Positions 34,850-46,133 of a DNA stretch of 64,000 nucleotides are shown in pieces; the first letter of the stretch is position 1; each line of letters opens with the position of its first letter. The DNA lies in the NCBI GenBank assembly GCA_965219575.1, contig OZ244779.1, positions 332,769 to 396,768 on the forward strand. The letters run 5' to 3'. Both the position numbers and the translations under genes were made by a program. The notes beneath the pieces are model-generated. The model was not told the DNA's origin. It ran no database searches and saw nothing but the letters and a program-made list of their open reading frames with translations. The stretch is from Candidatus Oxydemutatoraceae bacterium. GTDB taxonomy: Bacteria > Pseudomonadota > Gammaproteobacteria > Poriferisulfidales > Oxydemutatoraceae.

Positions 34850-35383
34850 TTATGCGTTGAGTGTGTCGGATAGTTTTTGCAGGCGGGATTTAAGCGAACC
34901 GTCTATCGATAAACGACCGGCGTGGATCACTGCACCCGCCAGCAGGCTCTTATCCAAACTACAATTCAGTACTACTTTTGCATTCAATCGGCGGCTCAAT
35001 GTCTCGGTTAGCGATTTCTGCTGTGCTTCGTCCAACGGCATTGCCGAGACAACCTGCGCCTCGATACGCTGCTCGCTTTGCGCACGATATTCCTCGAACA
35101 ACGCGGTGATATGCGGGATCAACATCAGTCGGTGGTTCTCGGCAAGCAACGACACGAAATTCTGCACCTTGGCATCCAAGCCGTCTATCTTTGTGATTAT
35201 AAATCGAGCAACTCTATGCGCAGGGAGCAACGGATTGCCGGCGATGCGCCGCACGGCTTCGTCGGCAAGACAGGTCTTTATTGCTGCAAGTGCTTTAGAC
35301 CAAACCGCAACATTATCGTGCGCACACGCCACCTCAAAGGCAGCTTTGGCATAGGGTCGGGCAATGGTTGTCGGCTCGGACAT
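34850..35383 (-). CDS. atpH: ATP synthase delta
   Basis: TIARPYAKAAF, IDGSLKSRL. Confidence 0.95.
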   Translation of the reverse strand: MSEPTTIARPYAKAAFEVACAHDNVAVWSKALAAIKTCLADEAVRRIAGNPLLPAHRVARFIITKIDGLDAKVQNFVSLLAENHRLMLIPHITALFEEYRAQSEQRIEAQVVSAMPLDEAQQKSLTETLSRRLNAKVVLNCSLDKSLLAGAVIHAGRLSIDGSLKSRLQKLSDTLNA

Positions 35384-35388
35384 GAGTC

Positions 35389-35868
35389 TTATTCGCTTTG
35401 CATTTTAGTTTCAATCGCTTTGAGTGCTTCGTTGTGCGCAGCCGCATCGACCTCTCTGCCGAGTACCTGTGCGGCACCCAGCAATGCAAGCTGAGCGACT
35501 TCTTGGCGTAGTTGTTCGCGGGCTTCCTGGGTGCGCCGAGCGACATCGCTCTCTGCGGAACGCCGTATGTTGTCGGCTTCCTCGCGCGCTTTCACTTTGG
35601 CTTCCTCTTTAATCTCGGTTGCTCGCTTCTCGGCTTGTGCGATAATCTCACCGGCACGCGTCCGGCTTTGTGCGAGTTCTTCTTCCACCGTCTCTTGTGC
35701 TTGTTGAAGGTCTTGCTTGCCTTGTTCTGCTGCCGCCAACCCTTCGGCAATCCGCTTTCGCCTTGCCTCCAGTGCGTCTATCATCGGCTTCCACAACAGG
35801 CGGCTCACCATCCATATCAGGATTAGGAATGCCAAAACTTGAGCCAGCAGTGTTATATTGATATTCAC
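35389..35868 (-). CDS. atpF: ATP synthase b
   Basis: MNINITLLAQ TM segment, IAEGLAAAE coiled coil. Confidence 0.95.
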   Translation of the reverse strand: MNINITLLAQVLAFLILIWMVSRLLWKPMIDALEARRKRIAEGLAAAEQGKQDLQQAQETVEEELAQSRTRAGEIIAQAEKRATEIKEEAKVKAREEADNIRRSAESDVARRTQEAREQLRQEVAQLALLGAAQVLGREVDAAAHNEALKAIETKMQSE

Positions 35869-35907
35869 TTCAATCCTCGCCTGTGATACCCTAGGTGCGA
35901 CACTCGC

Positions 35908-36186
35908 TCAGAGTGCCGCTTGTAGCGCACCGACAAATGGATTGGCAAACAAAAACCACATCGCAAATGCCAAGATAATAAACGGAAAAGATTCCATCAG
36001 TCCGGCAAAGATGAACATATTGGTCATCAGTTGCGGACGCAATTCCGGTTGTCGGGCAATGCCTTCCAGGGTCTTTGCGCATATCAATCCCCAGCCTATC
36101 GCCGAACCTAAACCAGCAGCCGCTAGTATTACGCCGACGCCGACGGCGGTGTATGCATATATCATTGCAATCATATCAGGTGTCAT
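35908..36186 (-). CDS. atpE: ATP synthase c
   Basis: ARQPE loop and carboxylate in GLMESFP. Confidence 0.95.
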   Translation of the reverse strand: MTPDMIAMIYAYTAVGVGVILAAAGLGSAIGWGLICAKTLEGIARQPELRPQLMTNMFIFAGLMESFPFIILAFAMWFLFANPFVGALQAAL

Positions 36187-36330
36187 ATTATTTCTCCCAA
36201 TTTCTCCAAGTTAATCAATCTAATCATCCGTTAAGACGGTTACGCTTTCGTCAAAACAGAATGTCACTATTCGGCACACAAAGTTTCTTGAAAGAATTTT
36301 CACTCCGCATATCCGCTACTCTATCGATGT

Positions 36331-37553
<1,223 letters not shown>

Positions 37554-37590
37554 TTTATATCTGTTTGGATTTAGACTGATTGATACTTAA

Positions 37591-37800
37591 TTAACTAGCT
37601 AATAATTTGCAGACCCGAATTGCTGCGCCGACAAAACCAAGCCCTGCGAATAATAACATAAAAACAGGTCTGGTATCAAGCCAAGCATCGACCCAATACC
37701 CCAGTAAAAAGCCACTGAGCACCATAGAACTGAGTATCGTGCCTACCCCCAACAGGATAATACGCGGGGATTTTTTAGGAACTTGTGCGGGTTCTGACAT
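37591..37800 (-). CDS. AtpZ/AtpI-family small membrane protein
   Basis: G.LLGYWVD.WL.T.P motif; first gene of the atp operon. Confidence 0.75.
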   Translation of the reverse strand: MSEPAQVPKKSPRIILLGVGTILSSMVLSGFLLGYWVDAWLDTRPVFMLLFAGLGFVGAAIRVCKLLAS

Positions 37801-37937
37801 AACATGGCTTATTTTAGCGTATGCAAGGCATATCCGATAATAATGTTGGAGATTTCCACAAATTCGTAAACGAATACCTTGTTTGTACGATTAACGCGTG
37901 TTTGTTGGTCAAGCGATTAAGTTTGTACAGATACGAC

Positions 37938-38243
37938 GGGGCTGTTGAAAAAGTATTCCATAGAGTGGTAGGGGCGGACTTGCATGTCCGCCCGTAACGC
38001 TCTGGTTGGCAAGATTTATACATTCATTCACCCGATTTATGGAAACCAAAACCATACGGCGCAAGCGGTTACGGCTGTGCAGAACGGCACTTAAGGGCAG
38101 ACATATAAGTCTGCCCCTACAGGTGGGTTGGATAATTATGTGGCGCAAGCGGTTGGATTTATGCAGTGCCAATACTTTTTCAACAGCCCCACCACACAAC
38201 CACCCCGTCAGGCGAAGCCTGCCACCCCTCCGAAGGAGGGGAA
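37938..38243. repeat. Composite MITE/REP-like repeat (core 37938-38190) plus double hairpin
   Basis: GGGGCTGTTGAAAAAGTA...TACTTTTTCAACAGCCCC followed by CACCCCGTCAGGCGAAGCCTGCCACCCCTCCGAAGGAGGGG. Confidence 0.88.
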
Positions 38244-38322
38244 TGATCGGCGGTTCTATATGTATGCCTATCGGAATATAATAGGCTTTCGATCCCCCCG
38301 TATTTATTTGATGCAATCGTAG

Positions 38323-41247
38323 TTGAGGATGTTGGCAAAAGTTTTAGTGATATTGCTTTTAGCGGCAGGCACGCAGTCTGTCGTCGCCCAGCAACGAGAA
38401 CCGGGCGATCCGCTATATCCTCAGCAATGGCATCTGAACAATACCGGGCAAAGCGGTGGTATTGCCGACGAGGATATCAACGTAGAACCGGTTTGGAATA
38501 CAACGCTTACGAATGGGGTAAAAATAAGAGGACAAGGAGTATATATCTCCATAGTAGACGGAGATATGCAGCTCGATCACACCGATCTAAGAGAGAATGT
38601 ATCCACTACCCGCACGCACGATTACTATCCGGGTATTACCGATAATAGTTCTCATGCCACCAGTGTCGCCGGCATTGCCGCAGCACGCGGTTATAACAGC
38701 ATGGGTGTTCGGGGTGTGGCACCTTGGGCGACAATTTATAGTTTGAATCTTTTAGCAGATATACGACAAAGACCGGGCGGAGGCTCTTTTTCTTTTATAA
38801 CAAACGACGACCTCATGAATGCAATGCAACGTAATCACATAATAACCGCAGCTTCCAATAATAGCTGGGGTCCTGAGAATCCTTTTGCATCGGTATCAGG
38901 CTCGTGGGCGATGGCAATAAACACCGGGCTTGCGAACGGATTTTACGGGAAGGGAACCATTTATGTATGGGCCGCCGGAAACAATCACTGTCCCGTGGTA
39001 GCGATAGATGCAATGACCAGAAGGGAAGTTTGTGGTGGAGATAACGCAAATTACGACAATTATGCAAACTATCATGCCGTTGTTACCGTCTGTGCGGTGG
39101 ATCATAAAGGGGAACACAACGGTAGTTCGGAGTTCGGAGCCAATTTATGGGTTTGTGCACCGTCGAGGAGGAGTGGGAGTAGTGGTAGAGATGGGATTGT
39201 AACAACCCTTACACGCAATTTTTATACGACCGGATTTGGCGGAACTTCTGCGTCAACCCCGATGGTCAGTGGTGTGGTGGCATTGATGCGGCAAGCCAAT
39301 CCAAGTCTTAGTTGGCGCGATGTGAAACTTATTCTAGCTAATTCCGCAAGGCAAAACGATCCCGGAGACAGCGACTGGGCGCGAGGTGCCATAAAGCATG
39401 GTTCGTTCAACGATGGCTCCGGGGAGCGATACCATTTTAACCACAAATATGGATTCGGTGTCGTCGATGCCGACAAGGCGGTCGAAATGGCGCGCAGTTG
39501 GATTAATGTTCCCGGTAGGATAACAAGGACGGTGACGAACAACAGCCCTTTGGTTGACAACACGATTAGTAGAAATATATCGGTGCAATCCGATATTAAC
39601 TTTACGGAATATGTCGATGCTAGAATTCGATTAAGAACATCCAGATACTCCGATTTAAGTGTTAAGTTAATATCACCGTCTGGTGCGATCTCCGAACTTG
39701 CAATACCGGCTGCTTCGGATTTTAGCAGTGGCTTTTTCAGCAGTGCCTCGTTTAGACCGTGGCGTTTCGGTTCTGCCAAGCATTTAGGCGAGGATCCGTC
39801 GGGAGTATGGAGATTAGAGATTGATAATATTAGAGCAACCGAAGATATCGTATTATTCTCTTCGGAGCTTAGAATACGCGGCTATCAAATAAAAATGGAT
39901 GCCGTCCCCGTTGCAGAGTTATCAAACACAAACCTAGCCGAAACCCCGCTGATTTTATCTTTAATCGGTGCAAAGTGGGCAGAGGATTTGCAGCCCAGCG
40001 ATTTTAATTTGAAAAATTTGCGACCTAGCGATCCCCAATTCAAAAATACGCCGGCGGGATTGCGCATTGCGAGTGTCAACCGTACTTCCGATACGCAAGT
40101 CCGATTAGAGCTTGCCTTGACGGGCGACCTTTTAGAAAACTATCTCTTCCAAGTTGAAGCGACGACGGGCACCGTCTCAAGCCTCGGCGGTCCTCTTGCC
40201 GGCAACGACATACCGATCGTGTCAAATACGCGGATAACGGTGCGCAAAGATATAGTATTGAACGACGCTACCGTTAATCGAAATTATCGCTTTAGTTTGG
40301 ATGATATTTTTGCAAGCGCGCAAGCATTGACCTACACGGTGAGCGGTCTACCACCCGGTCTGGAAATAAACGGCTCCATCATCGGTGGCACGCCGAGTAT
40401 CGCCGGCGATTATCGTATTGAAGTGGTTGCGACTAGAGCAGACGGGGTTAGCAGAACGGAGTTTTTTGATTTACAGATCCCTCTTGCTTTTCAGGTGCAA
40501 CTGAGAGTCTTACTGGAAGGTGCGCTCGCAACCTTCATCGATGTATGCGACCGCACCGAACAAGTGCGAAATATCATCGTCTCTAGTATCGGAAGTAGCG
40601 ACTGTGCTGCTGTTCCTCAACATCTACTCCGCTCAGTTGCCGACATAGGCCTTAGCAATAGCGGAATTAGTTCTTTAGCGACGAATGATTTCGATGATTT
40701 TACGGGTTTGGAAACATTGAACCTAAGTGCCAACAGCCTGACCGACTTGCCGGAAGACGTTTTCAGAGACTTAACAAGTCTGAGAACACTGAACTTGAGC
40801 AACAACGATTTGACCACGCTAACAGCGGTTATTTTCAACGGTCTGCCGAGTTTGGAAACATTGAACTTAAGTGCCAACGAATTGACCGATCTGCCGGAAG
40901 ACGTTTTCAGAGGCTTAACAAACTTGAGAACACTGAACTTGAGTAACAACGATCTGACCCTCTTACCGACAACTATTTTCGGTAGCTTAACAAATTTGCG
41001 TACCTTAAACTTATCAAACAATAGGTTATCTGTAAGCCTATCAGATCCTCGGCTATCTGCCAATAACAACGAGCTATTCAATAGAACTTTCAACAGAAAA
41101 ACTTTCGGCATAGGAAGATATATAACAATGCTACACTTAAGTGGAAACGGCATTGCCTCTGCAGATTGCACCACACTTCGGGACTCATTTCCTACCTTTA
41201 CTCGCGCTGGTTTTATCATTTCCTCCGCCAATTTTAGTTGTTCTTAA
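38323..41247 (+). CDS. Secreted kexin/furin-like S8 protease: S8 + P-domain + Ig-like + LEGAL tag + LRR
   Basis: Signal VVA-Q; IVDG, HATSVAG, WAAGN, GGTSAS; NHKYGFG; L.SPSG..S.L and GE.PSG.W.L P-domain; GLPPGL Ig-like repeat; 24-aa LRRs. Confidence 0.9.
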   Translation: MRMLAKVLVILLLAAGTQSVVAQQREPGDPLYPQQWHLNNTGQSGGIADEDINVEPVWNTTLTNGVKIRGQGVYISIVDGDMQLDHTDLRENVSTTRTHDYYPGITDNSSHATSVAGIAAARGYNSMGVRGVAPWATIYSLNLLADIRQRPGGGSFSFITNDDLMNAMQRNHIITAASNNSWGPENPFASVSGSWAMAINTGLANGFYGKGTIYVWAAGNNHCPVVAIDAMTRREVCGGDNANYDNYANYHAVVTVCAVDHKGEHNGSSEFGANLWVCAPSRRSGSSGRDGIVTTLTRNFYTTGFGGTSASTPMVSGVVALMRQANPSLSWRDVKLILANSARQNDPGDSDWARGAIKHGSFNDGSGERYHFNHKYGFGVVDADKAVEMARSWINVPGRITRTVTNNSPLVDNTISRNISVQSDINFTEYVDARIRLRTSRYSDLSVKLISPSGAISELAIPAASDFSSGFFSSASFRPWRFGSAKHLGEDPSGVWRLEIDNIRATEDIVLFSSELRIRGYQIKMDAVPVAELSNTNLAETPLILSLIGAKWAEDLQPSDFNLKNLRPSDPQFKNTPAGLRIASVNRTSDTQVRLELALTGDLLENYLFQVEATTGTVSSLGGPLAGNDIPIVSNTRITVRKDIVLNDATVNRNYRFSLDDIFASAQALTYTVSGLPPGLEINGSIIGGTPSIAGDYRIEVVATRADGVSRTEFFDLQIPLAFQVQLRVLLEGALATFIDVCDRTEQVRNIIVSSIGSSDCAAVPQHLLRSVADIGLSNSGISSLATNDFDDFTGLETLNLSANSLTDLPEDVFRDLTSLRTLNLSNNDLTTLTAVIFNGLPSLETLNLSANELTDLPEDVFRGLTNLRTLNLSNNDLTLLPTTIFGSLTNLRTLNLSNNRLSVSLSDPRLSANNNELFNRTFNRKTFGIGRYITMLHLSGNGIASADCTTLRDSFPTFTRAGFIISSANFSCS
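40707..40994 (+). repeat. 144-nt tandem duplication inside the LRR-coding region
   Basis: TTTGGAAACATTGAAC.TAAGTGCCAAC at 40707 and 40851; each unit encodes two 24-aa LRRs. Confidence 0.85.
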
Positions 41248-41364
41248 ACCGCTTGTAGCCCGACATTCCAATGTCACCCGGCGCAATGCAAGGCGGGAAA
41301 TAATACTTATGGGAATATAATAGATGTTTTACATCCCCCCGCATTTATTTAACACAAGCCACAG

Positions 41365-43668
41365 TTGAGTATTTTTATTTTGAGAGCTTTAGTAAAAGTT
41401 CCGATGATATTGTTTCTAACGGCAGGTATGCAGTCTGTCGTCGCTCAGTCGGATTTTTTTTATGACCGGCAGTGGCACTTGAGCGGTCAGGAAACCTTCG
41501 GACCTGTAACTGCGTTTACCATAGATATTAATGTAGAACCGGTATGGGAAAGAACGCTCGAAGATGGACGGACGAGAATAAGAGGGCAAGGCACATACAT
41601 TGCCATAGTAGACGGAGATCTGCCGATTGCGCTTCAGTCTGCCACAACCCAGACATTGGCTCACCCGGATCTAATAGCAAACATATCAACCCAACATAGC
41701 GTTGATTATTATCCTTCCGTGATTGATCCCAGCGGGCATGCGACCGCCGTAGCGGGTATTGCTGCGGCGCGCGGTTATAACCGAATAGGCGTTAGAGGGG
41801 TGGCACCCTCGGCAAAAATTTATGGTTTGAATGCATTGGGAATACCCGATGGAAACAGGAATATTTCGCCAATTACTAGAGATATAGTTACCTTAGATGC
41901 CATGGTTCGCCATACCACGATAACTGCGGTTTCCAATAACAGTTGGGGGAGCGTGTTTCCCTTTCAACCGTCCGGTTCTCGTCTTAGGGCATGGGAAATG
42001 GCAATAGAAACCGGCATTGAGGATGGATTCCACGGCAAAGGGGTAGTTTACGTCTGGGCTGCCGGAAATGAACGTTGTATTAGCAGAAAAACATCGTCTA
42101 ACCGCTACGAACAAGTTTGCAACATAGATAATTCAAATTATGAGGCCAGGACAAATCATTATGCAACCGTTGCCGTATGTGCGGTGGATTATCGGGGAAG
42201 ACATGCTACCTATTCGGAACTGGGTGCCAATTTGTGGATTTGTGCGCCATCACGTGATGCTAATTTCAATCCCACATTCGGGATAAACCAATACCTACGA
42301 GGGATTACTACAACCTATAGAGGAATCTTTAGGGGAGGGGTCTACGACAATGACTTTTACATTCCTAGTTTCGGCGGAACCTCTGCGGCAACTCCGATGG
42401 TCAGCGGTGTGGTGGCATTGATGCGGCAGGTCAACCCGAGTCTTAGCTGGCGCGATGTGAAACTCATTCTGGCTAATTCCGCAAGGCAAAACGATCCTAG
42501 TGAAGACGGCTGGGCACAAGGTGCCGTAAAGTATGGTTCGTCCAGTGATGACTCCGAGGCACAATATAATTTTAACCACAAATATGGATTTGGTCTTGTT
42601 GATGCGGAAAAAGCGGTTGAAATGGCGGAGGGGTGGATTAATCTTCCCTCCGTAGCACCGTACACGGAAGCAAGCACCAGCAATCTAAGCCTGATGTTAA
42701 GTGCCGATAATCCGGTTATCAATAGCGATATATCCGTCCAGTCCGATATCAATTTTATAGAATATGTGGAGATCCCTATCAGATTAATACACCCCCTAGT
42801 TCAAGATTTAAGCGTTGAATTGATATCGCCTTCAGGTGCTATTTCAAACCTCTTTATACCCTCCACGCATCCCATTAGTAGTACCGGTTCATACGCAGTC
42901 CGTACTAGTAGTAGGGGTGCCTTTTGGCGTTTCGGTTCGGCTCGGCATTTAGGCGAAGATCCGTCGGGAGTTTGGCGATTAAGGTTTGAAGACATTAGAG
43001 CCACAACCGGCACTTTGATCGCGTGGGGAGTTGGAATACGCGGCTATCAAATAAAAATGGATGCTACCGCTACCGTCGGGTTATCGGATTACAATGTAGC
43101 CGAAACTCCGCTGATGTTGTCTTTGATCGGTGCAAGTTGGGAAAAAGATTTGCAGCCTAGAGATTTTAGTTTAAGGAATGCGCCGGCAGGGTTGCGTATT
43201 GCGAGTGTCAACCGTACCTCCGACACACAAGTTCGGCTGGATCTTGCGTTGGATAGAGGCTTTGCGCAGGACCACCTCTTTCAAGTCGAAGCAACGACCA
43301 GTACCGTCCCAAACATCAGAAACTCGCTTATTAGCAACGACATACCGATCCTATCCGACACGCGGATAACGATACGCACCGATGTCGCAATTCCCGACGG
43401 AGCTAGTGGTTCGGATTACTCGTTTGCATTGGATGATATCTTTGCAAGCTCGCAGCCATTGACCTACACGGTCAGCGGCCTACCACCCGGTTTGAGAATA
43501 GATGGTTCCATTATCATTGGCACACCGACTACCTCCGGGAATTATCGCCTTGAAGTCGTTGCGACCAGAACAGACGGGGTTAGCCGAGCCGAGTTTTTTG
43601 ATTTTCGCATCCTTTCGACTATTCAAATACAACTCAGAGTCTTGCTGGAAGGTGCGCTGACACGCTAA
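41365..43668 (+). CDS. Secreted kexin/furin-like S8 protease paralog ending at QLRVLLEGALTR
   Basis: Same catalytic motifs (IVDG, HATAVAG, WAAGN, GGTSAA), P-domain and Ig-like domain; no LRR. Confidence 0.9.
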   Translation: MSIFILRALVKVPMILFLTAGMQSVVAQSDFFYDRQWHLSGQETFGPVTAFTIDINVEPVWERTLEDGRTRIRGQGTYIAIVDGDLPIALQSATTQTLAHPDLIANISTQHSVDYYPSVIDPSGHATAVAGIAAARGYNRIGVRGVAPSAKIYGLNALGIPDGNRNISPITRDIVTLDAMVRHTTITAVSNNSWGSVFPFQPSGSRLRAWEMAIETGIEDGFHGKGVVYVWAAGNERCISRKTSSNRYEQVCNIDNSNYEARTNHYATVAVCAVDYRGRHATYSELGANLWICAPSRDANFNPTFGINQYLRGITTTYRGIFRGGVYDNDFYIPSFGGTSAATPMVSGVVALMRQVNPSLSWRDVKLILANSARQNDPSEDGWAQGAVKYGSSSDDSEAQYNFNHKYGFGLVDAEKAVEMAEGWINLPSVAPYTEASTSNLSLMLSADNPVINSDISVQSDINFIEYVEIPIRLIHPLVQDLSVELISPSGAISNLFIPSTHPISSTGSYAVRTSSRGAFWRFGSARHLGEDPSGVWRLRFEDIRATTGTLIAWGVGIRGYQIKMDATATVGLSDYNVAETPLMLSLIGASWEKDLQPRDFSLRNAPAGLRIASVNRTSDTQVRLDLALDRGFAQDHLFQVEATTSTVPNIRNSLISNDIPILSDTRITIRTDVAIPDGASGSDYSFALDDIFASSQPLTYTVSGLPPGLRIDGSIIIGTPTTSGNYRLEVVATRTDGVSRAEFFDFRILSTIQIQLRVLLEGALTR

Positions 43669-43693
43669 TAATAAAACCGCAATGTAGCAATGT

Positions 43694-44067
43694 AGGACTG
43701 TTGAAAAAGTACTGTTTTTGCACCACTGCAACCGCTTGCGCCGTATGGTTTTGGTTTCCATAAATTGGATGAATGAATAAATAGTGCAGATACGACGGAG
43801 CTGTTGGAAAAGTACCGTTCTGCACAAACCCAACCGCTATGCGCCGTATAATTATCCAACCCACCTGTAGGGGTGGGCGGACATACAAGTCCGCCCTACT
43901 ATGTCTGTCCTTAAGTACCGCTCTGCACGGCCGTAACCGCTTGCGCCATTTGGTTTTGGTTTCCATAAATTGGATGGATGAATGTATAAATCGTGTAGGC
44001 GCAACGCGTTACGGGCGGACATGCAAGTCCGCCCCTACATTGTATGAAATACTTTTTCAACAGCCCC
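43694..44067. repeat. Composite MITE/REP-like repeat, opposite orientation, about 1.4 units
   Basis: CTGTTGAAAAAGTA at 43698, CTGTTGGAAAAGTA at 43801, GGTTTTGGTTTCCATAAA x2, ends TACTTTTTCAACAGCCCC. Confidence 0.85.
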
Positions 44068-44135
44068 ACAACCTAAGCTGCTTGTATAGGCTGTCGGTTA
44101 TAATGTGCTTTTCAGTTCAAATAGACGGAGGAAAA

Positions 44136-45065
44136 ATGAAAGTGCTTATTTCAAAGAATGGTAACAGGGCAGTGAACGGCATCGTTGCCGTGTCGTTTTT
44201 ATTATTGCTATCCGCGCTAACATCTGTCAATGCATATCAGGTGGGAGAAACTTTTCGTGATTGTGCAACCTGTCCGGAGATGGTCGTGTTACCGGCAGGA
44301 AAGTTCACGATGGGATCGCCCGAAGGGGAAAGAGCAAGATACGATGATGAGGGACCGCAACGTCAGGTTACTATTCGCAAACCTTTTGCGGTGGGTAAAT
44401 ATGAAGTGACCGTAGGGCAATATGCAGAGTTTATCAGAGAGACAAACCACAAAACCGGGACTTGTGATTTGCCGGAAGATAAATTATCTTGGCGTGATCC
44501 AGGGTTTAAGCAAACCAATAATCATCCGGTAGTATGTGTTAATTGGGATGATGCTTCAACCTATGCGCATTGGTTATCGACGAAGACCGGGCATAAATAC
44601 AGATTATTGACCGAGGCGGAGTGGGAATATGCGGCGCGTGCCGGAACCACGACGGCGTACTATTTCGGCAGAATGATTTTGGCAAATCAGGCTCGATATA
44701 ACAGTGAAGGCACTGTAGCGGTAGGGAGTTTTCCTGCAAATGCATTCGGGCTACACGACATGCACGGCAATGTATGGGAATGGGTGGAGGATTGTTGGCA
44801 CGATGATTACACTGCTGCACCGACGGATGGTAGTGCGTGGTTTAGCGGATGCAGGAGAGGCAGCGAGAATGATTGTGCCGGGCGTAGTGGAGATAACTTG
44901 AGGCTATGCGAAGAGTTATTGATCGGAAAGGAATTACGCGTGTTGCGCGGTGGCTCTTGGTTTGATGACCCAGGGGTTCTGCGCTCTGCGTCCCGCTACT
45001 TGATCAGCGCAACCATTCGAATCAGCGACGACGGGATTCGTGTTGCCCGCGACCTTAGCCGATAA
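44136..45065 (+). CDS. Secreted FGE-sulfatase (SUMF1 / CLec-fold) domain protein
   Basis: FRDCATCPEMV, HPVVCVNW, RLLTEAEWEYAARAG, GLHDMHGNVWEW, RVLRGGSW; ATG at 44136 after GGAGG (the ORF-track extension lies in repeat DNA). Confidence 0.9.
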   Translation: MKVLISKNGNRAVNGIVAVSFLLLLSALTSVNAYQVGETFRDCATCPEMVVLPAGKFTMGSPEGERARYDDEGPQRQVTIRKPFAVGKYEVTVGQYAEFIRETNHKTGTCDLPEDKLSWRDPGFKQTNNHPVVCVNWDDASTYAHWLSTKTGHKYRLLTEAEWEYAARAGTTTAYYFGRMILANQARYNSEGTVAVGSFPANAFGLHDMHGNVWEWVEDCWHDDYTAAPTDGSAWFSGCRRGSENDCAGRSGDNLRLCEELLIGKELRVLRGGSWFDDPGVLRSASRYLISATIRISDDGIRVARDLSR

Positions 45066-45105
45066 ATCCTTAAAAGGGGTTGTCAACTAACTTCAGGGCA
45101 AACCA

Positions 45106-45340
45106 TTCCTCTTCTTTGGAGGGGTGGCAGGCGCAGCCTAACGGGGTGGTTGCCGCATGGGGTTGTTGAAAAAATACTGTTTTGCAAAACCGTAAACGCT
45201 TTGCGCCACATAATTTACGATAACCACCGAGCCGTAGGGGCGGACTGGCATGTCCGCCCTAAAGTGTCGTTCTGCACAGCTGTAATCGCTTGCGCCGTGT
45301 GGTTTTGGTTTCCATAAATCGGGTGAAAATTGTGCAGAAC
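45106..45340. repeat. Partial composite MITE/REP-like repeat
   Basis: Reverse double hairpin, GGGGTTGTTGAAAAAATA, GTAGGGGCGGACTGGCATGTCCGCCCT, GGTTTTGGTTTCCATAAA. Confidence 0.8.
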
Positions 45341-45414
45341 CCATAACATATATTACAAAATGTAAAGCCTTTCCATGGGATGGTTGTCAAATATGGAAAC
45401 CATAAAATTAGTGG

Positions 45415-46122
45415 CTAACGATGATCGAAAATTGTGCGGATTTGGGCTTGCATTTGTGCTGCCGCCTCGGCCGGTGATGCGGCTTCGCGTATCGGTCTGC
45501 CGACCACGACATAATCTGCGCCGTTCTCGAATGCTCGGGCTAAATCAACCGTGCGTTTTTGGTCGTCCACATTGGCAACCGGGCGTATGCCGGGGACGAT
45601 GATTAAGTGCTTGGAGCCGAGCACCTCTCTTAATGCCCGAGCTTCCAACCCGGATGCGATAACGCCGTCGCACCCTACGGCAAGCGAGCGTTGCGCACGC
45701 GACAACACCAACTCCCGCACACTGCACTTGAAACCGAGCACGTCTATGTCGCTTTGGTCTAAGCTGGTCAGTGCCGTCACCGAGAGTATCTTCAAATCAC
45801 CTTTCTCGGCGTTTGCCGCTTTCAGCATGTCGTCGTTGCCGTGAACGGTCACAAAACTATCCCCGAAATGTCGCAAGCCTTTAACCGTTGCGGCAACCGT
45901 GCGCGGCACATCGAATAGTTTTAGGTCTAGGAATATCTTTTTGCCTTGCGCCCGCAATTCCTCCGCCAATGCGAAGTATTCTCCGCATGCAAGTAACTCC
46001 AAACCCAGTTTGTAGAAACTCACTGTATCGCCTAAGATTGCAATCAGTTCTCTTGCCTGCTCCGCGGTTGTCACATCGAGGGCAAAAATTAGGCGGTCGG
46101 CAGTGGGGATTTCGTCGTTCAA
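45415..46122 (-). CDS. pyrF: Orotidine-5'-phosphate decarboxylase
   Basis: IFALD, FYKLGLE, FLDLKLFDVPRTV, VPGIRP, DQKR, VVGRPI. Confidence 0.93.
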   Translation of the reverse strand: MNDEIPTADRLIFALDVTTAEQARELIAILGDTVSFYKLGLELLACGEYFALAEELRAQGKKIFLDLKLFDVPRTVAATVKGLRHFGDSFVTVHGNDDMLKAANAEKGDLKILSVTALTSLDQSDIDVLGFKCSVRELVLSRAQRSLAVGCDGVIASGLEARALREVLGSKHLIIVPGIRPVANVDDQKRTVDLARAFENGADYVVVGRPIREAASPAEAAAQMQAQIRTIFDHR

Positions 46123-46133
46123 TTGCTTTAGGT

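Noticed and set aside
35908-36186. Na+-coupled ATP synthase suggested by the ES motif in subunit c
   Set aside because: The helix-1 Gln/Glu and the downstream Thr/Tyr ligands of Na+ c-rings are not evident (IGWG, ESFPF), so H+ coupling is more likely
43839-44135. N-terminal 99-aa extension of the FGE-domain ORF
   Set aside because: Mostly read-through of repeat DNA; a better start with SD and signal-like sequence exists at 44136
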